Of a DNA stretch of 20,000 nucleotides, positions 7,427-18,800 are shown in pieces. The position numbers were made by a program, and so were the translations under genes. This stretch comes from Peribolospora baueri (lineage: Eukaryota). Numbering within the stretch: position 1 is the first letter of the stretch; each line of letters opens with the position of its first letter. Under the pieces are notes generated by a model, which saw only the letters and a program-made list of their open reading frames with translations, was not told where the DNA came from and searched no databases. The DNA is taken from NCBI GenBank assembly GCA_029717555.1, contig JAMDHS010000103.1:49098-69097 (forward strand). Direction: 5' to 3'.

Positions 7427-9791
7427 ATGCCCGCCGTCATCCAGCGACTGCGCGCCATCATCAACAGCTCCCTCGATGTGTTCGAGCAAGAGTGGGAGGA
7501 CCAGGGGCTGGGGGACGATGACATCGACAGGCCCGTGCCGCGTGTGCGTTTCTTTACACGACAGAGGCGAGGACGAAGAGGAGAACCGTTACGATCACCA
7601 GCTCGGGGCGAAGCTTACTCCTGAAAGCGTCTTGCAGTTGCTCGACGACGCCGCTTTTCTTCCCACCCCGCGCTTTTACGAGGCCCGACGAGCCTTGCAC
7701 GGATCCATGGCCATGCTGGCGGCGGTCACGAGCAGCGCTGCCGAGAGGAGCATCGACGTCTGCGTCCAAGTGCGTTCCCTTTTTTTCGTCCTGCTCGAAG
7801 CTCGAAAGGCACAGCATGAAGCCTCTCCTCCCCGTTGCTTTTTGCGTCATTTACCCGCCTCCAGGCATTCGAGAGCGGCGCCCTGAACGTCGCGGTCCAC
7901 GCCAAGGTGCCTGACATCCTCGCCGCCGAGGACGTTGATCAGAACGTTGGCCTCAGTGCCGAGGAGTTGCAGAAAAGGACGGGCATAGACGCGGGCAAGC
8001 TGGGTGAGCAAACACCGGGGACCACCCCCAAAGCCGGATTGGCTTGCGAGCCCGTCAAGAGCGCGGGTGTAGAAGAAACGAACAAGGCTAAGCCAGAAAG
8101 AGCGAGGCGTCGTCCACCGCTTCTTCTACTGACCCCATTCCTCTCATCGTCGGTGCCCGCCCGTGTGCTTTGCCAGCTCGGCTTCTCCGCACGCTCTGCT
8201 CCATACACATCTTCCGTGAGACGTCCGAGGGTGTCTTTGCCAACAACCGCTTCTCCTCTCACTACATTTCCCCCAAGCCGGGCTACTACTACGCCAAAGC
8301 TCTGTAAGTGTCTTGCAGCCATTCCGCGCACAGCCCCGCCTAGTCCGGACCGGAACCGGTCCCATTGGCCGACTGAGACTCGTCCTTGCCTTCATGTCTG
8401 CGGAATGCTCATTCATGCTATGCCAGCACGCGTGAGACCATGCGCACCTCATCCGGTCTGTGGGACCTGCTCTCCGACCCAAAGAAGACGGGCTCGTATG
8501 CTCCCAAGGACACGGCATTCAACGTCGCCTACGGCACGGACAAGGCTTACTTCGATTACCTCGCCGAGGACCCGGAGGTCCTCCAGGATTTCGGTGAGGC
8601 TTGGATCTCCCTCTCCGCAGGATTGTTATCGATCGTGCTGACCTCGCCGTGTCCCTCTGGAATGACCACTATGCGCCGGATCTTTGTTGCGGGGCGCGGC
8701 GGTAGCGATCGCCATGACCGGCTTTGGCCAAAATTCGCTGGCTTCCACGCTCGTGGACTACCCGTGGGCCGCGCTAGGGCCCAAGACGATCGTCGACATC
8801 GGCGGTGGCCACGGTGGCTTTTCCCTGCCCCTCTTGAAGCGTTTTCCCCAATTCAAGCTCGTGCTCCAAGACAGGCCGGAAACGTTGCCGTTGGCGCGCA
8901 AGGTGAGCCCGCGCGCTGGGCGAACGAGCGACCACCTGGACGGCCAGTCGGGTCCTCTGGCATGCAGAGGGGCTCAACCTCCTGTCCATGTCTTTTAATC
9001 TTTCTTTCGTCTCCGCGTTCCGACAATAGAACTTCGAAGATCACTATCCAGAAGCTCTCCAAGACGGACGGGCCGAGTTTGAGGAGTACGACTTTTTCAC
9101 GCCGCAGACGCGCAAAGGGGAAGACTATGTCTACTTTATGCGGTGGATCCTGTGCGTCTGCCACCACCGTGTGTGGAGGCAACATTGGAGTCGTGCGCGC
9201 ACAATCGCTTTTTTTTCCCGTCCCTTGTCTCATTTCGCTTCTCTTCTTCTCCTTTCGCCTCGAGCAGCCACGACTGGTCCGACACTCCCAGCGTCGACAT
9301 CCTGCGGTCCATTCGCTCGGCGATGCAGCCCGGCTCGAAGCTGATCATCATCGACTGCATCGTCAAGCCCGGTCTCGTCTCCCAAGCCACCGCCGGCGGA
9401 CGCGAGGACGACGACCTCTTCGCCGGCGTTTCCAATCAGGAAGCCTACGAGCCCATGGCCGCCCCGGCGCCCCTGCCGAGCAACTTTGGCGTGCCGAGTC
9501 TCTCCGAGATGCAAGCCGACTTGACGATGATGGGGTTACTGAGTGAGAGCTTAGCGAACAAGCTACTTCTCGACGGACGCGCGTCGTGGAGGATGAATCG
9601 CTCATTTCACACCGTTTCTTCCCTCCCTCCCCTCGTCTCTCTTCCCGGCCGTGGTCCTCTCCTTTTGCACAGACGGCGTCGAGCGCACCGAGGCGCAGTT
9701 CCGTGCCCTATTCGAGGCTGCCGGCCTGAGGCTCGTCAGGGTGTTCCGGGTGCGCGCGATGCACAGCGTCATGGAGGTGGAAGCTGCGTGA
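7427..9791 (+). CDS. SAM-dependent O-methyltransferase (Methyltransf_2, fungal OMT type); 9 exons, 464 aa
   Basis: The start context is CACCATG. Exons are 7427-7543, 7638-7769, 7865-8003, 8177-8303, 8427-8593, 8706-8902, 9030-9151, 9268-9542 and 9673-9791; all introns are GT-AG, giving 1395 nt. Motifs: GIDAGKLARLLRTLCSIHIFRETSEGVFANNRFS (dimerisation region), IVDIGGGHG (SAM binding), LVLQDRP, YDFFTPQ, MRWILHDW (catalytic His), APAPLPSNFG and DLTMMGLLNGVERTEAQF. Confidence 0.95.
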
Positions 9792-12700
9792 GGATGTCGA
9801 CGGTGAGCGGATGAACGATGGATTTGGAGAGAAGAGATGGACGGAGGACGGACTGTACCACACACACGCTTTCGTCCAGGCGAATTGCAGATACAGAGGG
9901 AGAAAGGAAGGTGGGAAAGAAACAGAAGTGATCTGGAGAGAGCGAGCGAGCCGTGCGCCGTTCGTTTCCTACAGCCGCCGTCTTTCTTCATTCTACGAAC
10001 AACCAAACCTGCAAATGCGGGCTTGCCCTGCCGTTTAGAAAAGAGCTTGGCGTCTGCAGGCAAGCTGGGAAGGGAACGGCGTCACGGACACCGAGGTCGT
10101 ACAGCACCCCGTCGGTCTTGACGGTGAGGTGAGCGTGGCCCTCGCTGAGCTCGACCATCCTTCAGCAGACCCGTTTGGGCGCCGGTCAGGTGGATGGAGC
10201 GCGTGGACCCCTTCTGGGAGCAGGGAAGGGGAAAGGAGACGGGATGCGTCGACGCTTTCGCCGACCGTCTCGCCTGCGGGCGGTGGCGGTGCACAGGGCG
10301 ACGCCGTGCGCTCGGTCAGCTCAGACTTGCATCTCCGTTGCTCCTTTTTCTTTCATGCGCGTCGCTCGAGGTGGATTTACAGCCGGCCGAGAGCGGTGGC
10401 ATACCGGCCGGCGATCACTAGCACAACGAGGGAGGATTGCTGCGCATTTCCAAGTTGCGCCCCATCGCCTAAAGAAAACGCTCTCGTCGGTGCGTACAGT
10501 ACGGTATGTCCCACACCGTACGCAAGAAAGTGAGTAGATGTCAAACGGCATCATTGATAAGAGACAGTCGGCCAGCCGACGAGCTGCGGAATCCAAAGGA
10601 GACCGGGCGGCGGCGGCGGCCGGTGCGAAGGACGAAGGAGCGGAGGAAGCGACGGTGACGTCAGCGGGCACCTTATTTTCGAGTGCGGACGATATCTCGG
10701 CGACCAAAGTCGGCGAACCGAAGAGAGGGCGAACGTGGAGAAGAAGAGCGTGCCAGGTAGAGCGCGCGATAGGCGATGGACAGGCCGGAAATGAATTTGA
10801 AGAAGACCAAGGGACGGTGGCGACGATCGTTTGGGCGGTGTGGGACGGATCTAGCGGCGGTCGTAGAAGGAGGAGCGGGATCGCCTGATGACCGTTGGGG
10901 GGCAGCTTTGGTGTTGTTCACTTGCGCCGGACCATCCCACCTCGCCCCGTCCAAGGCCGGCCGTCCCGCCGTCGTCGCCAACCGCCGGCGGGCGGTGGCG
11001 GCGTGTTGGCGGCCAAGGTTGCCTCCCTCTCTGAGTTGCAAGCGCCGCCGTCGAGCTCTTCTCCACTTGTTCTGTTAGCTAATCCGTGCGCCGCCATGGC
11101 ACGCCATCCACCCTAGTCCATGCTGGACGATGCTATCTACGCGCACCTTTTCTGTCCTTCACACCCCGCGACGTCGGCGCAGTAGGTATCGCCACTAAGG
11201 TCGTCGTCCACCTCGGTAGCTCCAAGTTGGGTACACTGTGTATAATGAGCGTCCAGTCCAGCCCATCTTCGCGCGGCGCGGCGACTCACCACGTCCTCCT
11301 GTCCGAGTACATCCCTCACTCGTGAACTGATGGTCATTTACATTTACGCCGCCGCCGGCGCCCATGCTGCGTGGAGGCAAGGTTTCACTCTCAGCGGCCT
11401 TAAGATGAAGATGTCCAGGGATGTACAGGTAAGGAACGCCGCCTCGCTCTATCTCCGCCACGTCCATTCGGGCCTTTGGACATTCTACGTTAACTGCACG
11501 TTCTCCATCGGATCCGCCACACGGTAAACAACGGGAACACGCACCTCGTGGCGCGATCCCATCCCAAGCTCGGCGGCATAACATCCATCTGCTCCTCTTA
11601 TCTCTCCCACGCCGGAGATGCCGGCGCGACGACCGTTCGTTTCTCTTTAACCTCGTCCCGCCGAGTCGAATCGAGTCGGCTCTGAGAGAAAGCGGTGTGC
11701 CGCCCGCAAACAAACAGGCCGGGCAGTGTCGAGGGGCGTGAACGACTGCCTGTCCGTGCTGCATCCTCCCGCGGGGGGCGACGGCTCAGCCGGCGCAGTG
11801 CGGCAGGGCCCCAATGGGGGGAGAGGAAGACGAAAGAAAGAGTCGAGCGGACGACGCCCTCCTCGTTCCGCCGCGCTTCCGTTTCTATCCACGTCACTCC
11901 ACCCATCGGCGGAGGGTGAGCGTTCGAGGCGGCTCGGCTGGCCTCGCCGTGAGCGGTGGCCCAGTGGATGGGCGAAGGAGACGGGAGGAGCGAAGGAGCG
12001 ATGAGAAAAAAAGGCTGTCGACGAAGAAGAAGAAGGAGGCCGACGTGGACGGCGGCAGGAGAGGGAAGAGAAGGATCGACGATGCATGGGGAGGAGGAAG
12101 AAGGAAAGGCAAGGGAAGAAAGGCGGTTCTCCGTGAAGGCGACTAGTTTAGGACTGCGTACCTGCAGTGTGCACTCTCATGCACACACTCGGTACGGCGC
12201 CATATAGCCGTCCGTCGGCGGTATGACGACTTTGGAGCCGTACCAGGCGGTGGCGCATCATTAGATGATACGGTAGATAGTGCGGAACGCCGTCGGGTCT
12301 GATCACGGTGCATACAGACTGGCACCAACGTAGAGTAGATCGACGCAAGCGAGACAGGCTCGATCAGGTCCGAACGAACGGATGGGGAGCGGGCGGGCGG
12401 GCGAACGGGCGAGGGAGAAGAGGAGAGAACGATGGAAGGCGCCTTGGTCTTGGTCTTGTTCGGTCATCGAAGCTAAGCGTGCGTCGGACATGGACTGTCT
12501 AGCACGGATAGGGCGAGTCGAAGCCGACGGGGGCGTTCTTTTTCCTCGTTTTTTTTGTTCTTTCGTTCGTTCTTTTGTTCTCTCGTTCTTTCGCTCGTTC
12601 TTTCGTTCTTCTTTCCGTGGCCTCGTCCGCCGGTCTTCGACGTGGGATTCGACGAGACGTCGCGGGGAGAATGGAGAGACGTCGGCGAGAAAAGGGGGAG

Positions 12701-12982
12701 GAGGACCACCGACCGACCCGACTGTGCGGCGTTCATTCAGTTGAGCCGACGCAATCCGTCGTCGACCCGCGAAGGGACTGGACCGGTTACGTCACTGGTC
12801 CGGTCGGTCGGACGATCTTGCGCACGCTTGCAGCTCCCGTCTCCTCATTGCCTCCGTCCCGTCCCGTCGTTACCGTCCTTGCTTTCTTTCTGTGTTCGCT
12901 CGGTTCCCTCGTGCGACAGACAGTGCGGTTTCGAGTCGAGTCGGATCGATCGAATCGAACGCCAGCGCTGGGTTCGTTGGGA

Positions 12983-13003
12983 AAGAAGAAGAAGAAGAAG
13001 AAG
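12983..13003. repeat. (AAG)7 microsatellite within a purine-rich tract
   Basis: Read directly from the sequence. Confidence 0.9.
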
Positions 13004-13580
13004 AGAGAAGAAAGAAGAAGGAAGACGGAGAGCGGAAGGAAGAGACGGCGTGCGTTTGAGTCCGACGCCGACTCTTTCATCGTCCCCGGCTTTTCCTTTG
13101 TTCGTTCGTTCGTTGTTCATCCGTTCGTACCCGCCCGCCGTTCTTTCCACGCGGCCTACCCGAGCTGCCATGCCAGCTGCGGCTCCGTCGATCGGCGGCT
13201 GCATGTGCATGAAGATAGACATGCGCAGTCGTTCGTCTTCTGTGCGCGTTCCTCGCAGGCCACGAGGAGCAAGAGGGGATGATGTCGAGGAGCGGCGGGT
13301 GGATGGATGGATGGATGGCTTGCTGATGCAGATCACCGACGCCGCTGGTCGTCGTCGCTCTCCTTCTTCCTCGCTCATCGTCCCGTCCAACGACGCCCTT
13401 CGCACTCGGTTAGGTTACATGTATGTACGGGGCGCTGAGCCCACGCCACGCCATGCCACGCCACGCCCACCGTCGCCACCGGGGCTTGCCCGAACCGTCG
13501 CCGCCGTCGTCGTGGCTTCATCCATCGCTCCCTGCTGGCGAAGCGTAGTGTAGTTTAGTCAACGTGCGGGGCGATCGATC

Positions 13581-13604
13581 GCTTGCTTGCTTGCTTGCTT
13601 GCTT
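13581..13604. repeat. (GCTT)6 microsatellite
   Basis: Read directly from the sequence. Confidence 0.9.
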
Positions 13605-13789
13605 CCTGGCTGACTGCCTAGCTAGCTAGCAGGCCGCTTGGTCCGACGCTTGGGAGCGTTCTTGGAACGACGGCGATCTCCGGCAGAGCACTTGTGGTGC
13701 GTAGTGGATGGGACGCGCCGGTGCTAGTTATCGTCGTCGCCGTTGGTGGCCGTCGTCGTCGTCGATCGTCGTCACCATTCACCGTCATT

Positions 13790-14090
13790 TTCTTGTTCCT
13801 TTCCTTTCCTTCCACCCCTCCCCAGACTTCCTTCCGCTCGGCTCGTCTCGTCTGCCCCACGTCCACTTCTCCTCTCCTTCCCTCCTCCCTGCCCTCCGCC
13901 TCGCCAACGAGCCTTCCCTCCACCTTTCTTTCCTCCCTGCTTCCGTCCGACGCCCTCCTTCTGTCTCTCCTATTTCCGTTTCTCAAATTGGATATCTCGC
14001 TGATCGGCGACGCCCGTGCTGCGCTTGCGTTCCTCCTCTCTCTCTGTGTGTGTCTCTCTCTCCTCTTCTCTCTCCCTCTCTCTTCTCCGT
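13790..14090 (+). promoter_or_regulatory. Long CT-rich tract, candidate core promoter / transcription start region of the C2H2 gene
   Basis: About 300 nt is strongly pyrimidine-biased on the + strand and begins an ATG-free stretch running to the GTAAGT donor at 14698. Confidence 0.4.
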
Positions 14091-14239
14091 TCGAACAGCG
14101 CCCTCGGCTGCAGTACATAGATAGTCGCCCACAGTGAGCCGTCGTAGTAACTAGTCCGACCGTCGTAGTCCTACAAGTCCTACACCCTCCCACGCGCTGC
14201 TCCTCCTGCTGCGCTTCCTTCCCGTTCTTGCTCCCAGAC

Positions 14240-14240
<1 letters not shown>

Positions 14241-14270
<30 letters not shown>
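14241..14270. repeat. (GAC)10 microsatellite
   Basis: Read directly from the sequence. Confidence 0.92.
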
Positions 14271-14271
<1 letters not shown>

Positions 14272-15037
14272 TCGTGCCACGACGCTCGAGACGACCAACC
14301 ACGCCGACCGCCAGATAGAAGAACGCCCTCACCCTCCCTCTTCCTTCCTCCCCGTTCTTTCTCCTCCATCTCGCCACCCCGCTAACGACGACCGGCCGTC
14401 TTTTGACTCGCATCGCTCCCCTCGTCTCGTCTCGCCACGCCACACCACACACACACCCACCCACGTACCCACGCACCCACTCCCACACCCGACCGCGACC
14501 ACCTACGGCCTCTCTCCTCTTCATCTCCCCGTCGCGCCGGTCGTCGACCTCCATAAGTCACTTAGGTCGCACCTGCGATCGGCCAGATCGACGACGTGCA
14601 GCAGCGCAGCAGCAGTCACACCAGCACCAGCGCCGGCACCACCACCAGTATCAGCGCTGTTAGTCCCCTCTGCGCTATCATACCGAACAGCTGGCTGGTA
14701 AGTGTGATCGATATATCCGTTCTCGACGTCTTTCCCGATCGGATCGGATCAGATATGGTGGGCGGATAGAAGAGAAGAGATGAAAAGAGACGAGACGAGG
14801 TTACCGTCCGTCGTCGTCATCGTCGTCGTCGTCGCGAGATCGGCGCCGCGTATCATCGTATCGTGTCCGTCCAATTATGCTCCGCTCCGATCGTGTCGAC
14901 GGCGGTCTGCCTGCCTGCCGGTGAGCCGACGGTCCGGCCGCGTGGTCTGATCAGGGAGAGAGGAGGTGGAGGAGCGAGGCTGTGGCCGGGAAAAGGGGAA
15001 GGGGAGACGCATGCGATACGATGGCACGCCATCGGAC

Positions 15038-15083
15038 GGATAGGATAGGATAGGATAGGATAGGATAGGATAGGATAGGATAG
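15038..15083. repeat. (GGATA)9 pentanucleotide microsatellite
   Basis: A perfect array, read directly from the sequence. Confidence 0.93.
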
Positions 15084-15662
15084 CCTAGGGTACGATCGAC
15101 GACGCCGCTACGGCTCCTCGACTCCTCTCGAGCCCATGCCCACCCAGGCTCAGATCGACGACGAGGAGGACCAGCGAGGAATGGTGGCCTCGGCCTTGTC
15201 GAGTGTCGTTGTCGTGGTCGTGGTTGTGGTCGTCGTTCGTCGTTCGTCGCTTCACCGCCGTCGTCGATCGCTCGCTGATCAGCATCGCTTGCGTTCATCT
15301 CTCTATCTTCTCCACCTCCATCTCCATCGCCATCGCCATCGCCCTTTCCGTCTTCCTCTTCTTTCCCTCCCCTTCCGTCCTCTTCCCCATGCCACCCTCC
15401 TGCCTGCTTTCGTGTCCACCTCCCCATCGGCCCGGCTCGTGACCGCACCGCACCGCGCCGCCGATCCGATCCATCGCCCTCCCTCCTCGTTTCTTGTTCC
15501 ACTCCCACCTCCCGTCTCCCCAACCTGTCTCACCTTTCCTATCTTCCTCGACTCCGTCTCGCCTGCCCGTCGGTCACTCTTAGATCGCCCGCCTCCGTTC
15601 GTTCAGACCCCACAGTCAAGGATCGGTGCGACCAAGGGCGACGTGGAATCCTATCCAATCCG

Positions 15663-15795
15663 GTATGCTCCCCTCTCTCGTCGCCGTCTTGGATCGCACC
15701 GCGCTGACTCCCTTTCCTCTGCCCTATATCTTCCGCTTTCTTTGGCCCTCCTTCTCTCTCTCTCCCCTCTTCCTCTCCCATCTCCATCCTCCTAG
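15663..15795 (+). other. Probable 5'-UTR intron of the C2H2 gene
   Basis: It has a GTATGC donor at 15663, a GCTGAC branch point near 15703, an AG-free polypyrimidine tract of about 85 nt, and a TAG acceptor at 15795, 40 nt before ATG 15835. Confidence 0.6.
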
Positions 15796-15834
15796 CCGCT
15801 CCCTCTCCATCCTTTTGATTTTCTCGCTCTTTCC

Positions 15835-18800
15835 ATGGCGGTCACCGCAACAGCTACGACCGCCCCTGCGCTGTCCATCTCATCCCTCACTAACGGGCCC
15901 ATCGCACACCAGCACGCCCTCTCCCGTTCCTCCTCTTCCTCTTCTTCCTCCTACCATCACGACCTCTCATACCGCCACTCCACCCCACCGCCGCAGCACC
16001 CCGGCTGGGCTGTGCGCTGTCCGACCGGCTTGCAAGCCATGGACGTAGACCAAGACGACCGCCCGTCCGCGTCCGCTCGTGACGGCCCTCGTCGCTCGCC
16101 TAGGTCCGCACACGCCTCCCCGCCCGCCGCCGGCGGCTTCGAGGCCCTCGCCGAGGCGGCTAGAGTAGTCACCGAGGAGGGAGCCGACGCTGGCGGTGGC
16201 AGAGGCAAGGAGCGCCGGCTGCCCGGGCCCGCTGAGGGGGCCGATCATCACAACGTCCGTCTGCCCGGGATCAAGAGCTTGTTTGGCATCGAAAGGGCTG
16301 GTGCGTCGTCGCCTGCGTCTTTGGTACATCGTCGATGCTTGCCAGACTCACTCTCGCTCGCTCTTCTCTCTTTTGCCCCTCCTCGCTTCCCTCTCGCAGA
16401 CCATCTCGACAGCATCCCCCCCATTCCTGTCCCCGCCCCCGAGGCCCCGCCCTTCCCCTCCTCTTCGCGTACCTCCGACCACGACGCCACCCCCCCTTCT
16501 CGGCCCATCGCCCAACCCGTCCACCCTGCTCGCGGCCCGCTCACCAGCCCTTCGAAGGGCAAGGGCAGGGCGCCCCAGGAACACGCACCTCCTCCCTATC
16601 TTCCCCCCGGCGCCCACGCCCAGTATCATGCCGTCCCACCGTCCCCCGGCGCAGTCTATCATCAGCCCCTCTACCTCGTCTCCCACACCCCCCGCCCCCA
16701 GTCCGGTGACGCCGCCGCTCCTCCTCCTCAAATTTATCATCCACAACAGCACGTCCTCATCGCCACTTCACCCGGAGTGCCGCCCAGTCTCGTTCCCCTT
16801 TACTCCCCTGCCGCCGTTGCTGCCCAGCCGACGCATACGTACTCCCGCTCCGACCCTTTTCCCCTTGCCGCTTACGCTCAGCCGCCGCCCGCACACCTGA
16901 TCTCCTCTGCCGGCGTCGGCGTCGGCGTCAGCACCGGCCCCGTCTCCGCCCCGGCTCAAGGCTGGATGTACGCTCCCGCTCCTGCGACCGCCGCCGGCGG
17001 GGAGCATTGGCATCATCCCCCCGCCAATCCGACCGGTGACGTGCGCGAGAATCGCTTTGCTTCCGATGCGTCGTCGTCGTCGTCGCGCGATGGCAGGAAG
17101 GGCAAGCGACGCCACACTCTCGACTCTTCTTCCACCGTTCCTCGACAGGCTCAGGGCGACGCTGACCCGTCGTCGTCGGCGGAGTGGCAAATGGAAGTGG
17201 ATGCGGAAGCGGAAGCGCAAGGTCACCAGCACCAGGGTACCCGCCGGTCTTTCGAGGCGGCCAAGCGCGAGCAGGGCGCTAGCCCTGAGCCGCCCTTCTT
17301 CCCGCAGCTACCACCCGTCGGCGGCGGCGGCGGTCCCCCTTTCTCGTTTCACCCCTCTCCTGTTGCTCCTACCCCCACCACCGCCCCCGCATCATCGTCC
17401 GAGTTCCCGCGCCATCAGCGTACGCCTTCTGCAGAGCACAGGGCAGCCGCACAGTATCACCCTTTCGCGGGCGCCGGCGCTGGTGCCAGCGCCGCCGGAA
17501 GCCCCCCCTTTAGGGGTACTCCTACCGCGTCGCTCAAGAGGCCCCGCACGCCGATGGCGCTCTCGACCATTGGTGAACCGGCGCGGCCCCCATACGCGGG
17601 ACAAGAAGGAGAAGGGGCGCCTCCTCCCACGTCCAGCTCCCATCCGCTACAGCACAGCAGCAGCGTGCCGCATTTGCGCGAGACGGCGCCTGAGCAGGAG
17701 CGGGAGCGCCATCGCAGGGGCGTGGGCGTGTGCATAGGCCACGCTAAGAGCCCTAGCGAGGGTACCGTCGTCCTTCCTCCCATCCATCACCTCACCGCCG
17801 CCGCCGCCGCCGCCGTCGACGCGCCCACCTCCGTCCCTGCCCGGCTCGTCTCGCCTGCGTCCAGGAGTTCGCCGCTGCCCGACGTCGCTGAAGACGGCCA
17901 CGATGAGGACCAGCGGGAGAGGGCCACGGACCGGCGACTCCCCGCGTCCCGCATCGATGTGGGAGGCGGCAGAGCGAGGGCGCACACGTTCACCTTTCCC
18001 GCAGGTGCTTTCTCCCACTCCTCTCCCCTCTCCCGCCGACGGCGGACGGAGGAAGGACACCGTCGATCGAGGAGCGACGTCGTGCTCCGTACCACCGCCG
18101 CCGCACCGTACTACCACCGCGAGCAACGCTACCCTCCCGATCTGCCCGCGCTCGTCGGCAGGAGCAAGTCCACGTCCTTCTCCAGCACCGCCACCGGGCC
18201 CGAGAGCGCCAGCAGCGGTTCCTCTTTCCCTCCTGACGCAGTCGGCCTGGACGTGAGCGCTGGTGGAGGCTGGTATGCTGCTGCCGCCGCCGCCGCCGGC
18301 CCTTGGACCGCGCCTGGTGGTGTTTCCACGTCGGCCCAAGGCCCGTCCAAGAGCGGCCCAAGCCCGAGTGTTGGCGGCCCCGGCGTGAGGTTCCAGCCCA
18401 CGACGACGGCGAGCTCCGCTCCCTATCCCTTCTCTCGCGATGTTCCGACGGGAGAACACCTCGGGGAGAGGTCGGTCCACAGTTCTCCCGGAAGGCACAC
18501 GTTTCCCCTCCCCGGCTCCTCCGGGGCGTCGGCGGACTTGTCTGCGGTCTCGTCTCCCGCGGTGGCCGCCGCGGCCGCCGCGACAGCGCCGACGACGACC
18601 ATCGCGTCTGGCCAGTCGCGGTACGAGTGCTCGGTGTGCGGCAAGCGCTTCAACCGGCCGTCGTCGCTCAAGATCCACCACTACAGCCACACCGGCGAGA
18701 AGCCGTTTCATTGCGAGATCCCCGGTTGTGGGAGGAGCTTTAGCGTCCAGAGTAACCTCCGCCGGCACCAGCGCGTGCACAGCGATCAGAACGTGGCCGC

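Noticed and set aside
7835..9814. ORFs 7835..8641, 8386..9546, 8684..8998 and 9143..9814 as separate genes
   Set aside because: They are exon pieces plus intron read-through of the single spliced O-methyltransferase.
15038..15083. (TAGGA)n as an interstitial telomere repeat
   Set aside because: It is not TTAGGG, it is short, and it sits among many other unrelated microsatellites.
12555..15795. Long ORFs such as 12555..13553, 13618..14298 and 15136..15795
   Set aside because: They are Arg/Ser/Pro/Leu-rich products of microsatellites and purine or pyrimidine tracts in GC-rich DNA, with no recognisable domains and often non-ATG starts.
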